From Bacteroidota bacterium (GTDB taxonomy: Bacteria; Bacteroidota; Bacteroidia; Flavobacteriales_D; Crocinitomicaceae): a stretch of DNA of 64,000 bases. This document shows positions 49,103 through 59,028 of this stretch, piece by piece (position 1 is the first letter of the stretch; every line of letters begins with the position of its first letter). The stretch lies in contig JAZKFZ010000003.1 in the NCBI GenBank assembly GCA_040386155.1, forward strand, positions 550,815 through 614,814, in the 5' to 3' direction. The notes under the pieces were generated by a model, which saw nothing but the letters and a program-made list of their open reading frames with translations, did not search any database and had not been told where the DNA came from. Position numbers and translations under genes: made by a program.

Positions 49103-49134
49103 AACAAAAAAGGATTGTCCTTTCGAACAATCCT
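49103..49134 (-). terminator. Rho-independent terminator of gdhA
   Basis: Stem AGGATTGT / ACAATCCT. On the minus strand the hairpin is followed by ttttttgttg. Confidence 0.7.
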
Positions 49135-49158
49135 TTCAAATAGTAAACAAATTAGTAA

Positions 49159-50514
49159 TTAAACCAATCCTTGATCAATCATTGAATCTGCAACTTTTAC
49201 AAATCCAGCAATGTTAGCACCTTTCACGTAATCAATAGTTCCATCTTCGCGTTGTCCGTATTTCACACATGCTTGGTGAATAGAAACCATGATTCCATGT
49301 AAACGTTGATCAACTTCTTCTGCTGTCCACGAAAGACGCAATGAGTTTTGAGACATTTCCAATCCAGAAGTTGCAACTCCACCAGCGTTAGATGCTTTTC
49401 CTGGAGAGAACAACACTCTTGCATTGTGAAATTCAGTAATAGCTTCAGGCGTTGTTGGCATATTTGCTCCTTCAGCTACACAAATTACTTTGTTTGCAAT
49501 TAATGCTTTTGCTTCTGCTTCGTTCAATTCATTTTGAGTAGCACAAGGAAGAGCGATGTCAACCTTCACTTCCCATGGACGTTTTCCTGCTACAAATTTC
49601 GCAGTTGGATATTTTGCAATGTATTCTTCGATACGACCTCTTTTAACATTTTTGATCTCCATCACGTAAGCCAATTTCTCAGCAGTGATTCCGTCTGCAT
49701 CATAGATATAACCAGAAGAATCTGAAAGAGTTACCACTTTTGCACCCAATTCAGTTGCCTTTTCACATGCATATTGTGCAACATTTCCTGATCCAGAAAC
49801 AGCAACAATTTTACCATTGAAAGAATCTCCTTTCGTTGCTAACATCTCCTTTGCGAAGTAAACTGTTCCATAACCAGTTGCTTCTGGACGTATCAATGAT
49901 CCTCCCCAATTTCTTGCTTTACCAGTTAATACACCAGTGAACTCGTTACGTAAACGTTTATATTGACCAAACATGTAACCAATTTCACGACCTCCAACGC
50001 CAATATCTCCGGCAGGAACATCTGTGTTTGCACCAATATGACGAGCTAACTCAGACATAAATGATTGACAAAATTTCATTACCTCATTATCTGACTTTCC
50101 TTTTGGATCAAAATCTGACCCACCTTTTCCACCACCCATTGGCAATGTTGTCAATGAATTTTTGAATACCTGCTCAAATCCTAAAAACTTTAAAATCGAT
50201 AAGTTAACAGATGGGTGAAAACGTAATCCACCTTTGTACGGTCCGATCGCAGAATTAAACTCAACTCGGTAACCACGGTTAACTTGAACTTGTCCTTTAT
50301 CGTCTAACCAAGGAACTCTAAAAATAATCGTTCTTTCTGGTTCCACCATTCGATCCAAAATCTTGGCATCCTTGTACTTTGGTGTTTCTTCAATGATTGG
50401 AATAACTGCTTCCGCTACTTCGTGTACTGCTTGTAAAAATTCAGGTTCGCTACCGTTTTTTGACTTTACGCGATCCATGAATTCATCAATCGCTGCTTGA
50501 TATTTACTTGACAT
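49159..50514 (-). CDS. gdhA: NADP-specific glutamate dehydrogenase
   Basis: 451 aa with catalytic Lys region [18 protein letters not shown] and Rossmann motif [10 protein letters not shown]. Confidence 0.95.
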   Translation of the reverse strand: MSSKYQAAIDEFMDRVKSKNGSEPEFLQAVHEVAEAVIPIIEETPKYKDAKILDRMVEPERTIIFRVPWLDDKGQVQVNRGYRVEFNSAIGPYKGGLRFHPSVNLSILKFLGFEQVFKNSLTTLPMGGGKGGSDFDPKGKSDNEVMKFCQSFMSELARHIGANTDVPAGDIGVGGREIGYMFGQYKRLRNEFTGVLTGKARNWGGSLIRPEATGYGTVYFAKEMLATKGDSFNGKIVAVSGSGNVAQYACEKATELGAKVVTLSDSSGYIYDADGITAEKLAYVMEIKNVKRGRIEEYIAKYPTAKFVAGKRPWEVKVDIALPCATQNELNEAEAKALIANKVICVAEGANMPTTPEAITEFHNARVLFSPGKASNAGGVATSGLEMSQNSLRLSWTAEEVDQRLHGIMVSIHQACVKYGQREDGTIDYVKGANIAGFVKVADSMIDQGLV

Positions 50515-50724
50515 ATAAAAATTATTTATTTGTTATTCGTGCGACAAATTTATATTTTTTTCTTTATCAAAAATCACATCGCAAAAAATATGAACCAAAC
50601 AATTGTTAAAACTATTCGAGAAAACCACCAATTTAATTTGTACTGCTCTTTTATTAACCTTAATTTTACATTACAAAGCAACCTATTTAAAGTTATTGCG
50701 TTTTTACTTTAAAATATCATACAA

Positions 50725-53409
50725 GTGAACAATTTAAAAGCTTCCATCCTATTCATCCTTACTGGTTTTTACAGTTTCGGTCAATTTTCTGTTTGTTTAG
50801 GTACTGACATTACAGTTTGCCCTGGACAAAGTGTAACAATTAACAACTGTAACCCTAGCCAAGTTGGATCTGGTACTGTATTGAACAACCCAACAGCTGT
50901 GTCTTTATCAGATGATATGTGGTCTGGAGTGATTCCAATTGGTTTTGGATTCAATTTCTATGGTACAAACTACACTAATTGTGTAATTGGTTCTAACGGT
51001 TTAATTTCTTTCAATACTGCAAATGCAAACACGGGTTGTGCATGGTCACTTGGTGGCATGGGAACATTACCACAAACTGGACTTAATGCTGCAAGAAACG
51101 CTGCGAGTATTTGTTACCAAGATATTAACCCTGGAGTTGGTGGGCAAATTGTATATAAAACAATTGGTACTGCGCCAAATCGAGAATTTTATGTGTTGTA
51201 CGCAAACGTTCCGATGTTTAGCTCAGGAGAATGTACATATATGTGTGCTATCTTTTTTGAAACATCAAATACTATTGAATACCACATCGGGAACAAGCCC
51301 ATTTCTACGTGGAATGGTGGTTTAGCAATTCAAGCAACTGAAAACGCTGCTGGAACTGTTGCTCATGTTACTCCTGGTAGAAACAACACTCAGTGGACTG
51401 CATTTCAGGATGGTAGAATGTATACACCTACTGCTCCTAATAATACCTCCGCATACACAATTGCACAAATTCCTTACAAAGCAATTATTTCTGGAAATGC
51501 AAATTATGTTTGGCAAAGTACAACAGGACAAACATTCCCTTATAATAATGGAGCTTTGAACCTTACCAATGTGCAAGCGGGAACTACGGGATATTTCTTG
51601 ACTGTTACAGGTTCTGGATGTAGTGCTGGATTAGGTGCTGTATCTGATACTACATGGGTAACTGCCGCAAACGTTTCTGCCTCAACTTCTCATACACCAG
51701 ATATTTGTTCTTCAGGACAAGGAACCGTAACTGTAACACCTACTTCTGGGATTGCTCCTTATACTTTTAACTGGCCGGCGCTAGGATCACAAGCACAAAC
51801 TGTTACTGGCGTTACTTCTGGACCTTATGTTGTTCAAATGACGGATGCTAACGGTTGTGTAGGTACAGCAACGGTGATCGTTTCTAATACTCCTGCAACG
51901 TACAGTTCTTCGACAACGGTAGTAAGTTGTCCAGGTGGCGCTGATGGTACTGCAACAGCTACAATGACTCCTCAATTAGGAACAGTATCATACCTATGGA
52001 ATGATCCAGCAGCACAAACAACTCAAACGGCTACTGGTCTATCTGCAGGGACGTATTCTTGTGCAATTTCTTCAAGTGTTGGATGTAATTCAACAGTGAA
52101 TGTTACAATTACTGAAATACCAGGAATGGTTGCTACATTAGTTAGTACTTCAGATGTTACATGTAATTCTGGAAACGATGGGATGATAGAGATTTCGGTA
52201 GCGCAAGGAACTGCTCCTTACACCTATTCATGGGATAATTCAACATCAACACTAGCAAGTGCAAATGATTTAATGGTGGGAAGTCACACCGTTACAATTA
52301 TGGATGCTAATTCATGTGTTATCACTCATTCTGAAATTCTTGCTGAGCCTGCACCGCTTTCAATTGTTACTTTAACTCCTGATACTCAAATTTGTTCAGA
52401 AGCAACAGCAACATTAGATGTAACAGGAGCGGGTGGTTCGTCACCTTATATTTATACTTGGTTTGAAAATGGAGTTCAAGTTGGCACTGGAGCTCAAATC
52501 ACCGTTGATCCACTTAACACAAACACTACTTATTGTGTTACTTTATCAGAGCAATGTGGATCTCCAACAAAAGACAGCTGTATGTTGGTTTATTTCCCAA
52601 CACCAATTGTTCCAACTTTGACACCTGATAAAACTGAATCATGTATGCCTGGAGATTTTGTCTTCTCAAACACTTCAGCAAATGGAGCAGAGATTGCAAC
52701 TATGTCTATCTTATTCTCTGAAGGAACTGGAGCACTTTTAAATGGGTTAGAGTCTTTCTCAACAACATTTGAAGATCCTAATACCTACTCTGTTGACATG
52801 ACAGTAACATCAATTTATGGGTGTATTTATACGAATTCTCATACCAACCTAGTTGAAGTATTGCAGAATCCAACAGCGAATTTCACATTCTCTGCAAATC
52901 CAACTACATTCTTCGAAACAGCAATTTCTGTTCACGATATGTCGTCGTATGATGTTGCTCAATGGGATTGGTACAGTCCTGGGTCTAACCCATCAGACGC
53001 CACTGGTGAGCATGCAAATTTCATGTTCCCTGACGGTGAAGTTGGACAATATCCAATAACGTTAACAGTGACTACCGCATTAGGATGTACTGACACAATT
53101 ACTAAATTTTTAAATGTTGTTCCCGCAATATTATTTTATGCTCCAAACACATTTACACCAGATGATGATGAGTACAATCAAAATTGGGAGTACTTTGTTT
53201 CAGGAATCGATATCTATGATTTCGTTTTAACCATCTACAACCGTTGGGGTGAATTGATCTGGGAAACACATGATCCATCAGCAAGTTGGGATGGAACTTA
53301 CGATGGAAAAATTGTTCAATCAGGTGGTTACGTGTGGAAAGCTATTGTTAAAGATCCATTGACTGACGACAAAAAAGAATTCGGAGGAGCTATCAATGTT
53401 CTACGATAA
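50725..53409 (+). CDS. Large secreted protein with SprB-type repeats and a T9SS type B (gliding-motility-associated, CHU_C-like) C-terminal domain
   Basis: GTG start and signal peptide ..ILTGFYSFGQ. SprB-like repeats (CSSGQGTVTVTPTSGIAPYTFNW, CPGGADGTATATMTP, CNSGNDGMIEISVAQGTAPYTYSW). C-terminus APNTFTPDDDEYNQNW...IYNRWGELIWE...WDGTYDGK..GGYVWKA. Confidence 0.9.
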   Translation: MNNLKASILFILTGFYSFGQFSVCLGTDITVCPGQSVTINNCNPSQVGSGTVLNNPTAVSLSDDMWSGVIPIGFGFNFYGTNYTNCVIGSNGLISFNTANANTGCAWSLGGMGTLPQTGLNAARNAASICYQDINPGVGGQIVYKTIGTAPNREFYVLYANVPMFSSGECTYMCAIFFETSNTIEYHIGNKPISTWNGGLAIQATENAAGTVAHVTPGRNNTQWTAFQDGRMYTPTAPNNTSAYTIAQIPYKAIISGNANYVWQSTTGQTFPYNNGALNLTNVQAGTTGYFLTVTGSGCSAGLGAVSDTTWVTAANVSASTSHTPDICSSGQGTVTVTPTSGIAPYTFNWPALGSQAQTVTGVTSGPYVVQMTDANGCVGTATVIVSNTPATYSSSTTVVSCPGGADGTATATMTPQLGTVSYLWNDPAAQTTQTATGLSAGTYSCAISSSVGCNSTVNVTITEIPGMVATLVSTSDVTCNSGNDGMIEISVAQGTAPYTYSWDNSTSTLASANDLMVGSHTVTIMDANSCVITHSEILAEPAPLSIVTLTPDTQICSEATATLDVTGAGGSSPYIYTWFENGVQVGTGAQITVDPLNTNTTYCVTLSEQCGSPTKDSCMLVYFPTPIVPTLTPDKTESCMPGDFVFSNTSANGAEIATMSILFSEGTGALLNGLESFSTTFEDPNTYSVDMTVTSIYGCIYTNSHTNLVEVLQNPTANFTFSANPTTFFETAISVHDMSSYDVAQWDWYSPGSNPSDATGEHANFMFPDGEVGQYPITLTVTTALGCTDTITKFLNVVPAILFYAPNTFTPDDDEYNQNWEYFVSGIDIYDFVLTIYNRWGELIWETHDPSASWDGTYDGKIVQSGGYVWKAIVKDPLTDDKKEFGGAINVLR

Positions 53410-53427
53410 GAACACCTAAGTAATTGG

Positions 53428-53460
53428 AAACCTTCTTGATGTATCAAGAAGGTTTTTTTT
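53428..53460 (+). terminator. Rho-independent terminator
   Basis: 13-bp stem AAACCTTCTTGAT / ATCAAGAAGGTTT followed by T8. Confidence 0.85.
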
Positions 53461-53516
53461 ATGTCAAAAATGCACTTTTCTTTGTTTTTAAATGTTACTT
53501 TTTAAACATTAAGTGT

Positions 53517-53524
53517 TATTTTTG
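53517..53524 (+). promoter_or_regulatory. Candidate -7 box TATTTTTG upstream of the M48 peptidase gene
   Basis: TAnnTTTG match 15 nt before the ATG at 53540. Confidence 0.4.
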
Positions 53525-53539
53525 GTGCAATCTAAATAA

Positions 53540-54994
53540 ATGATGAAATTTAGCATACTGACGCTTTTATTATTATTTTCTTTCCATTTAAAGGCGCAAG
53601 TAGTTAACCGATTTGTGGAATCAGAGTTGCAAACAGAAATACCTGATCTGCAAGCACTTCTTGACGCATCTAGCTTAGAAAAAAAATCATTTGTAGAAGG
53701 ATTAAGCCTTGCTCCTAAGGAGAAAATTTCAATCATTAAAGAATTAAATAGTTCAAAAACCACCATTGAGAAAATGGTTAAAAATGGAGACATTATTGCA
53801 AGTGGCCCCATCTTTAATTTTGTGGATAGCCTTTTAAGTGCTATTAAATCGAAAAACAGCGAGATTTCAAGCAAAGCTCAAATCTATATTGTTCGCGATC
53901 TTTCTGCAAATGCTTTTAACACTGGAGATAATATAATTTTTTTCAATCTTGGCCTACTCTATCGATTAAAAACTGTGGAGGAAATCATCTACGTAATTTG
54001 TCACGAATTGGGTCATGACCTTTTAGATCACGGAATGAAATCGGTTGTTGGTAGTAGAGAATTGTTTTACAACGATAGTATCAAAAAGGAAATGAGAGGT
54101 AGACTTCAAAGAAGATATGGTACAGTTTCAGGAATTAATGAGCTCATGATTCCTTTATTGGTTGCCAATCAAAAGAATTCTAGAGACCATGAATATGAAG
54201 CTGACTCATTGGGATTTGCAATGTATAGAAAAATGAATCTCAACTTAAATCATCCGATAAACACTTTTGATGTATTCAAAAATATAGGTCATGAAAGAAG
54301 TGTTGAATGGGATCAGAAAAACCCATTTTTAAAGTACTGTTCAATTGACACAAATCAAATTAAAGGAAAATACAAAGGATCATCCATGGGTTCATTTACT
54401 GCTGAAAAAAAGCCTTACGAAGAAGAATTAAAATCACATCCTTACGAAGATGAGCGAAAAGTTGCATTGTTGAGACAAGTTGATACGAAAGTTGACACTT
54501 TATCCGTTTCGAAAAACAACAGCTGGAAATTTTGGATTGAAAATGAAATGATCCATGAAGCTTTTCGTCAACAAGACCTAACACAAATGACCTACTATAT
54601 TTTACATTCTGAACCTTCTTATATTGATTCAAGCTATGTAAATGAACTATTTGCGATGAGTTACATGATTTTTGCCTACACTAAAGAATCAAAGCAGACG
54701 GGTGCTTGGCTCGGATTTTCTAATAGAGATAAAGACAATGAATACAATGATGTTCTAGAGTATTTGCGCAAGCTAACTCCACTTCAAACTTTTGAAATAG
54801 CGAGTTGTCTTGGTACTAAAATGAATGATCTAAAAATGAAGACCTATTTTTCTGCTTTTCAGGCAGCATATGAAATGAATCATGAACAGTTTAAAGTTCA
54901 ATTTCAAAAGATTAGAGAATTTGATCAAGTGTCAGTACTTTACAGAATGCTGCTTGACCATAATAACAAATATCGTTTAACCCTTAAATTTTAA
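53540..54994 (+). CDS. Secreted M48-family zinc metallopeptidase
   Basis: Signal peptide MMKFSILTLLLLFSFHLKAQ, HExxH motif VICHELGHDLLDH, and a downstream E..ADSLG. Confidence 0.85.
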   Translation: MMKFSILTLLLLFSFHLKAQVVNRFVESELQTEIPDLQALLDASSLEKKSFVEGLSLAPKEKISIIKELNSSKTTIEKMVKNGDIIASGPIFNFVDSLLSAIKSKNSEISSKAQIYIVRDLSANAFNTGDNIIFFNLGLLYRLKTVEEIIYVICHELGHDLLDHGMKSVVGSRELFYNDSIKKEMRGRLQRRYGTVSGINELMIPLLVANQKNSRDHEYEADSLGFAMYRKMNLNLNHPINTFDVFKNIGHERSVEWDQKNPFLKYCSIDTNQIKGKYKGSSMGSFTAEKKPYEEELKSHPYEDERKVALLRQVDTKVDTLSVSKNNSWKFWIENEMIHEAFRQQDLTQMTYYILHSEPSYIDSSYVNELFAMSYMIFAYTKESKQTGAWLGFSNRDKDNEYNDVLEYLRKLTPLQTFEIASCLGTKMNDLKMKTYFSAFQAAYEMNHEQFKVQFQKIREFDQVSVLYRMLLDHNNKYRLTLKF

Positions 54995-54997
54995 TGC

Positions 54998-56584
54998 ATG
55001 AAAATTAAATCAATGGCGATTGCCATGTTACTAACCATTTCTTCTGGAATTGCAAATGCACAAACTGCAGAGATTCCAAACGTTTTGAAAATCAGAAATG
55101 CTAGATCAAATGGTACGATCAAAAAGCAAAATGAAATTGCTGGCTATTACACTTTTTACTTCAAGGAAAAAGCTGACAAGAAAAATAGTGCGTACGAAGT
55201 TCGTATTTCTGACAATGAACTAAACACGATCAATACTTTCGAGTTGGTTCGTCCAAAAGCTACCATATTAATGGAAACGGTTTACAATGGCGAAGCATTG
55301 ATGTTCTTTTTCTATGACCAAAAGACAGGTTATGAATTTGTAACTTATTCTTTAGATGGAAAGAAATTAGGATCTAGCTTAGTAACTAAAGATGCAATTT
55401 CAATGTTTGACTTGCAAGCTACGATCGCTTCTTCATCAAGTGAAGGAGATAACACAACTATGTACCCGGTAGAAGGAGAAGGATTTGTTCGTCAACGCTT
55501 TACAAAGAATAAGAAAATGGCATTTGAAATTGCACGTTTTGATAATAAAGCGAAAGAAGTATGGACATATAGTTCTGCAAAAGAATCAAAGTTGGTAGAG
55601 TACATCGATGTCAATGAGGTTACTGACAAGTATGTGACCGCTACAGTTTATCGCAAAAAATCGTTGATGACTAATAAAGCTAATCTTGCTTTTTTGATTT
55701 TGGATGTAAATACTGGAAAATTGATCGCTGAATTACCAATGGGTAACGAAGACGAAGGTAAGAAATCAGTCGTAAAATCTTTCGTTGACAATCAAATGAA
55801 CAAAATTGTTTTAATTGGAGAATACTATGATGCGGGAGACGACATCTACAAAGACAAAAGCCAAGGTTTATACGTTCAAGATGTTTCTTTTGATGGCAAA
55901 ATTCTTGGTGAAACAGAATATTCTTGGAAAACGGACATTGCTAAATTCATGAAAGAAACAATGGATGAAGAGGACAAAAAAGACAAACGCCCTTACAATT
56001 TCTTCTGGCATGATGTTATCCGTGGAGCTAACGGACACCTTTATTTAATTGGAGAACAATACAAAAAGCAAATCAGTGCCGCAGGTGTTGGTCTGGGTGT
56101 TTTAGCCTCAGCTACTGGCGGTGATTCAAATGTTGCTGCGATAGAAGTACTCATTGCAAACATGGTTGTTGTTGAGCTGGGTGCTAAAAATGAATTAACA
56201 AAAATCGACATCGTACCAAAAAGAAAAACGAGAGTTCAGCTTGAACAAGGTGCTGGAATGGTTTCAATCGTTAAATTGGGTCTAATTCTTAAAGCACAGG
56301 GCGACTTCGATTATTCATTTACATCCCGTGAAAAAGATGCTGATAAGTTTACAGTTATTTACACTGATGGGAATAGAAAAGAAGAAAAAGGTTCAACAAA
56401 ATCAGATGTAATGTTAGGTGTTATTCACGTTGAAAATGGCGCAGTGAAAAACGATCGTATCGGAGTTAACTTTGACTCATGGTATTGGTGGATTCGTCAA
56501 GCAAAACCAGGTTTCATTCTGTTGGGTGAATATGCTCGAAAAGAAAAAGTAATTAAATTGCGCTTAGAACAAGTGGCATATTAA
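54998..56584 (+). CDS. Secreted hypothetical protein (528 aa), probably co-transcribed with the M48 peptidase
   Basis: Signal peptide ..ISSGIANAQ. It starts 4 nt after the upstream stop. I could not assign a family with confidence. Confidence 0.65.
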   Translation: MKIKSMAIAMLLTISSGIANAQTAEIPNVLKIRNARSNGTIKKQNEIAGYYTFYFKEKADKKNSAYEVRISDNELNTINTFELVRPKATILMETVYNGEALMFFFYDQKTGYEFVTYSLDGKKLGSSLVTKDAISMFDLQATIASSSSEGDNTTMYPVEGEGFVRQRFTKNKKMAFEIARFDNKAKEVWTYSSAKESKLVEYIDVNEVTDKYVTATVYRKKSLMTNKANLAFLILDVNTGKLIAELPMGNEDEGKKSVVKSFVDNQMNKIVLIGEYYDAGDDIYKDKSQGLYVQDVSFDGKILGETEYSWKTDIAKFMKETMDEEDKKDKRPYNFFWHDVIRGANGHLYLIGEQYKKQISAAGVGLGVLASATGGDSNVAAIEVLIANMVVVELGAKNELTKIDIVPKRKTRVQLEQGAGMVSIVKLGLILKAQGDFDYSFTSREKDADKFTVIYTDGNRKEEKGSTKSDVMLGVIHVENGAVKNDRIGVNFDSWYWWIRQAKPGFILLGEYARKEKVIKLRLEQVAY

Positions 56585-56601
56585 TTTTCTAATAAAATTG
56601 G

Positions 56602-56636
56602 AAAAGGGCTTTCAAAATGAAAGCCCTTTTTTTTTG
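56602..56636 (+). terminator. Rho-independent terminator
   Basis: Stem GGGCTTTC / GAAAGCCC with loop aaaat, followed by T9. Confidence 0.85.
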
Positions 56637-56695
56637 GCATTATTTTTTCAAAGCAATTATACAATTATTAGTAAGTTTGATAAAAAATTGATCAC

Positions 56696-57442
56696 ATGAA
56701 AAACCGATACATCCTACCTCTTTTTGTTACTGCATTTTTGATCACTACCTCTTGTGATACATTAGAGCAAGTAGCTCAAGTTATCACTTCTCCTGGTACA
56801 GGAGGTACTCAATCTAATTTAACTGATGAAGAAGTAAATAGTGGCTTGAAAGAAGCACTAACAGTTGGAATTACAAATTCAGTGAATTTAACGTCATTAA
56901 CCGATGGCTTCTGGAAAAATGCAGAAATAAAATTACCCTTTCCTCAAGATGCATTGAAAGTGAGAGAGAAAGCACTTGATTGGGGACTTGACGGCCAAGT
57001 TGAGAAATTTGAAATGACACTGAACCGTGCAGCTGAGGAAGCAACTAAAGAAGCGGCTCCAATTTTTAAAAATGCAATTACAAGCATGACTTTTCAAGAT
57101 GTTTGGGGAGTTCTTAAAGGAGGAAACGGTGCTGCAACAAAATACCTAAGAGACAAAACTACAGCTCAATTGGTGGAAGCATTTGCTCCCAAAGTTGCTA
57201 CGGCCATAGAAAAAGTAAAATTGACGGATTACTGGAATCCAATTATCACAAAATACAATGCTGCAATGAATATCACTGGGGGACAGCAATTGAATCCGGA
57301 TTTAAATAAATTTGTAACTGAAAGAGCAATTGCAGGCTTATTCACGATGGTTGAGAAAGAAGAAAATAAAATTCGTTTAGATCCTGTCGCTCGAGTTTCA
57401 GATCTTTTGCAAAAAGTGTTCGGTAGTATCACAGGAAATTAA
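56696..57442 (+). CDS. DUF4197-like lipoprotein
   Basis: Lipobox LITTSC. The block LTDEEVNSGLKEALTVGITNSV..L......F.....I.LPFP matches my recall of DUF4197. Confidence 0.7.
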   Translation: MKNRYILPLFVTAFLITTSCDTLEQVAQVITSPGTGGTQSNLTDEEVNSGLKEALTVGITNSVNLTSLTDGFWKNAEIKLPFPQDALKVREKALDWGLDGQVEKFEMTLNRAAEEATKEAAPIFKNAITSMTFQDVWGVLKGGNGAATKYLRDKTTAQLVEAFAPKVATAIEKVKLTDYWNPIITKYNAAMNITGGQQLNPDLNKFVTERAIAGLFTMVEKEENKIRLDPVARVSDLLQKVFGSITGN

Positions 57443-57447
57443 TCCCA

Positions 57448-58311
57448 ATGCATTACGCTCCCTCAGAATTGGTACTCAATGATAAAGGTCAAGTTTATCA
57501 TTTAGGACTTTCGCCTGATCAAATTGCTGATACTATTTTACTTGTTGGTGATCAAGATCGTGTGGAAATGATTTCAACTTTTTTTGATTCAATTACGCAT
57601 AAGAGTCAGCATCGGGAATTTGTTTGTCACACTGGAATTTATAATGGAAAAAGCATTTCTGCGATCTCCACTGGTATTGGAACGGATAATATCGACATTG
57701 TTGTCAATGAATTGGATGCCCTTGTGAATATCAACTTGGTGGAACGCAGTAATAATGCTACTCCGAAATCATTGAATTTAATTCGAATTGGAACGTGTGG
57801 AATATTACAAGCAGATATTCCAGTTCATTCTTACATTCTTTCTACACATGCGCTGGGATTGGATAATGTTGGTCACTTCTACGAGATCGAAAGTTCCGAA
57901 ATTGAGCAGGAAATTTTACATGAATTTAATAGTCAGGTAGACCTTCCCAATGCCGTTATCCCTTATTTTGTTGCTGCAAATGAAGGTTTGATCAACAAAT
58001 TAATTTCTACACGCACCCATGAAGGAATCACAGTTACTTCAAGTGGGTTTTATGGTCCGCAAGGGCGTGAATTGCGATTAAAAACAAAAACAACGGGGCT
58101 CAATGAACAATTGACTAATTTCAGTTTTAAACATCATCAAGTAACAAATTTCGAGATGGAAAGTTCTGCGCTTTTCGCCATCGGACGATCATTGGGACAC
58201 CAATGTGCAACAATTTGTTTAGGTGTTGCGAATCGACCAAAAATGGAATTTTCTAAAGGCTACTCAAGCGAAATGTTAAGTTTGATACAATATGTTTTGG
58301 ATCGAGTTTGA
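57448..58311 (+). CDS. Nucleoside phosphorylase (PNP/UDP family 1, uridine-phosphorylase-like)
   Basis: Blocks ISTGIGTDNIDIV, IRIGTCG and NFEMES. Confidence 0.85.
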   Translation: MHYAPSELVLNDKGQVYHLGLSPDQIADTILLVGDQDRVEMISTFFDSITHKSQHREFVCHTGIYNGKSISAISTGIGTDNIDIVVNELDALVNINLVERSNNATPKSLNLIRIGTCGILQADIPVHSYILSTHALGLDNVGHFYEIESSEIEQEILHEFNSQVDLPNAVIPYFVAANEGLINKLISTRTHEGITVTSSGFYGPQGRELRLKTKTTGLNEQLTNFSFKHHQVTNFEMESSALFAIGRSLGHQCATICLGVANRPKMEFSKGYSSEMLSLIQYVLDRV

Positions 58312-58319
58312 TGAAAATT

Positions 58320-58424
58320 GAGGTAGTTAGCAATCCCAATAGTTATTGGAACCCTAACTGGTAATTAATATCCCTAACCGGTAAGTAATATCGCTAACCA
58401 GTAAGTAAATTAGCTAACTTCCTC
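58320..58424. repeat. 105-bp composite element: 12-bp terminal inverted repeat enclosing three tandem 20-bp units; member of the dispersed repeat family
   Basis: GAGGTAGTTAGC (58320-31) ... GCTAACTTCCTC (58413-24), 11/12 complementary. The units are CCCTAACTGGTAATTAATAT, CCCTAACCGGTAAGTAATAT and CGCTAACCAGTAAGTAAATT (58352-58411). Confidence 0.7.
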
Positions 58425-58522
58425 AAAACTTGAATAGAAAATTACAACTAATTGATTAAGAATTAGTTTGGTACTACTAAAGCCTTGTACCTTCAAAAAT
58501 ATTCAAAATTCAATAGTTTTTT

Positions 58523-59014
58523 CTATTTAGAAACTGGACGATAAATCCAATAAGTACCTTTGGTAATATTCGAAAAATGCAAGCTACTTGTACCAACTTT
58601 TCGACCAGTTGTACCTGTATTTTGGTGAATTAAAACCACTTCATTCTTAGCAGTAACTTCTAATATTATTGCCGTATGGTGATACATTGTTTCCGTATAC
58701 TTAACGTTACCTTTTTGGTACTTTATTACCACATTTTTGAATTGTATGATGTCACCCGGCATGAGACAAGCACCTTTCTCCAAGCAATTTCCATAATTTA
58801 GAAGACCATCCCAAGTAGCCCCTGTTTCATCCAATACATATTTTGCTAAATCCCAACATTCACCACGAAGCACTTTCTTGCCCATTTTAGCGGAGGCGAG
58901 ATCAACAATCTCCTGATTTAATGGATTTATTTCATCGCATTGCGCTAAAGCACTAAAACCAAATAGAATTCCAAAAAGAAAGGAGAAGTGTCGCATCATA
59001 AAACAACAACGCAC
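58523..59014 (-). CDS. Secreted papain-fold (CHAP/NlpC-P60-like) putative hydrolase
   Basis: Signal peptide (likely start at 58996, MRHFSFLFGILFGFSALAQ). The Cys...His pattern is GECWDLAKYV ... YHHTAIILEV ... HQN. The family call is tentative. Confidence 0.5.
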   Translation of the reverse strand: MRCCFMMRHFSFLFGILFGFSALAQCDEINPLNQEIVDLASAKMGKKVLRGECWDLAKYVLDETGATWDGLLNYGNCLEKGACLMPGDIIQFKNVVIKYQKGNVKYTETMYHHTAIILEVTAKNEVVLIHQNTGTTGRKVGTSSLHFSNITKGTYWIYRPVSK

Positions 59015-59028
59015 TCCAAGTAAAAAAA

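Noticed and set aside
58352-58411. Possible CRISPR array
   Set aside because: The three 20-bp repeats are directly adjacent with no spacers, and there are no cas genes in the window.
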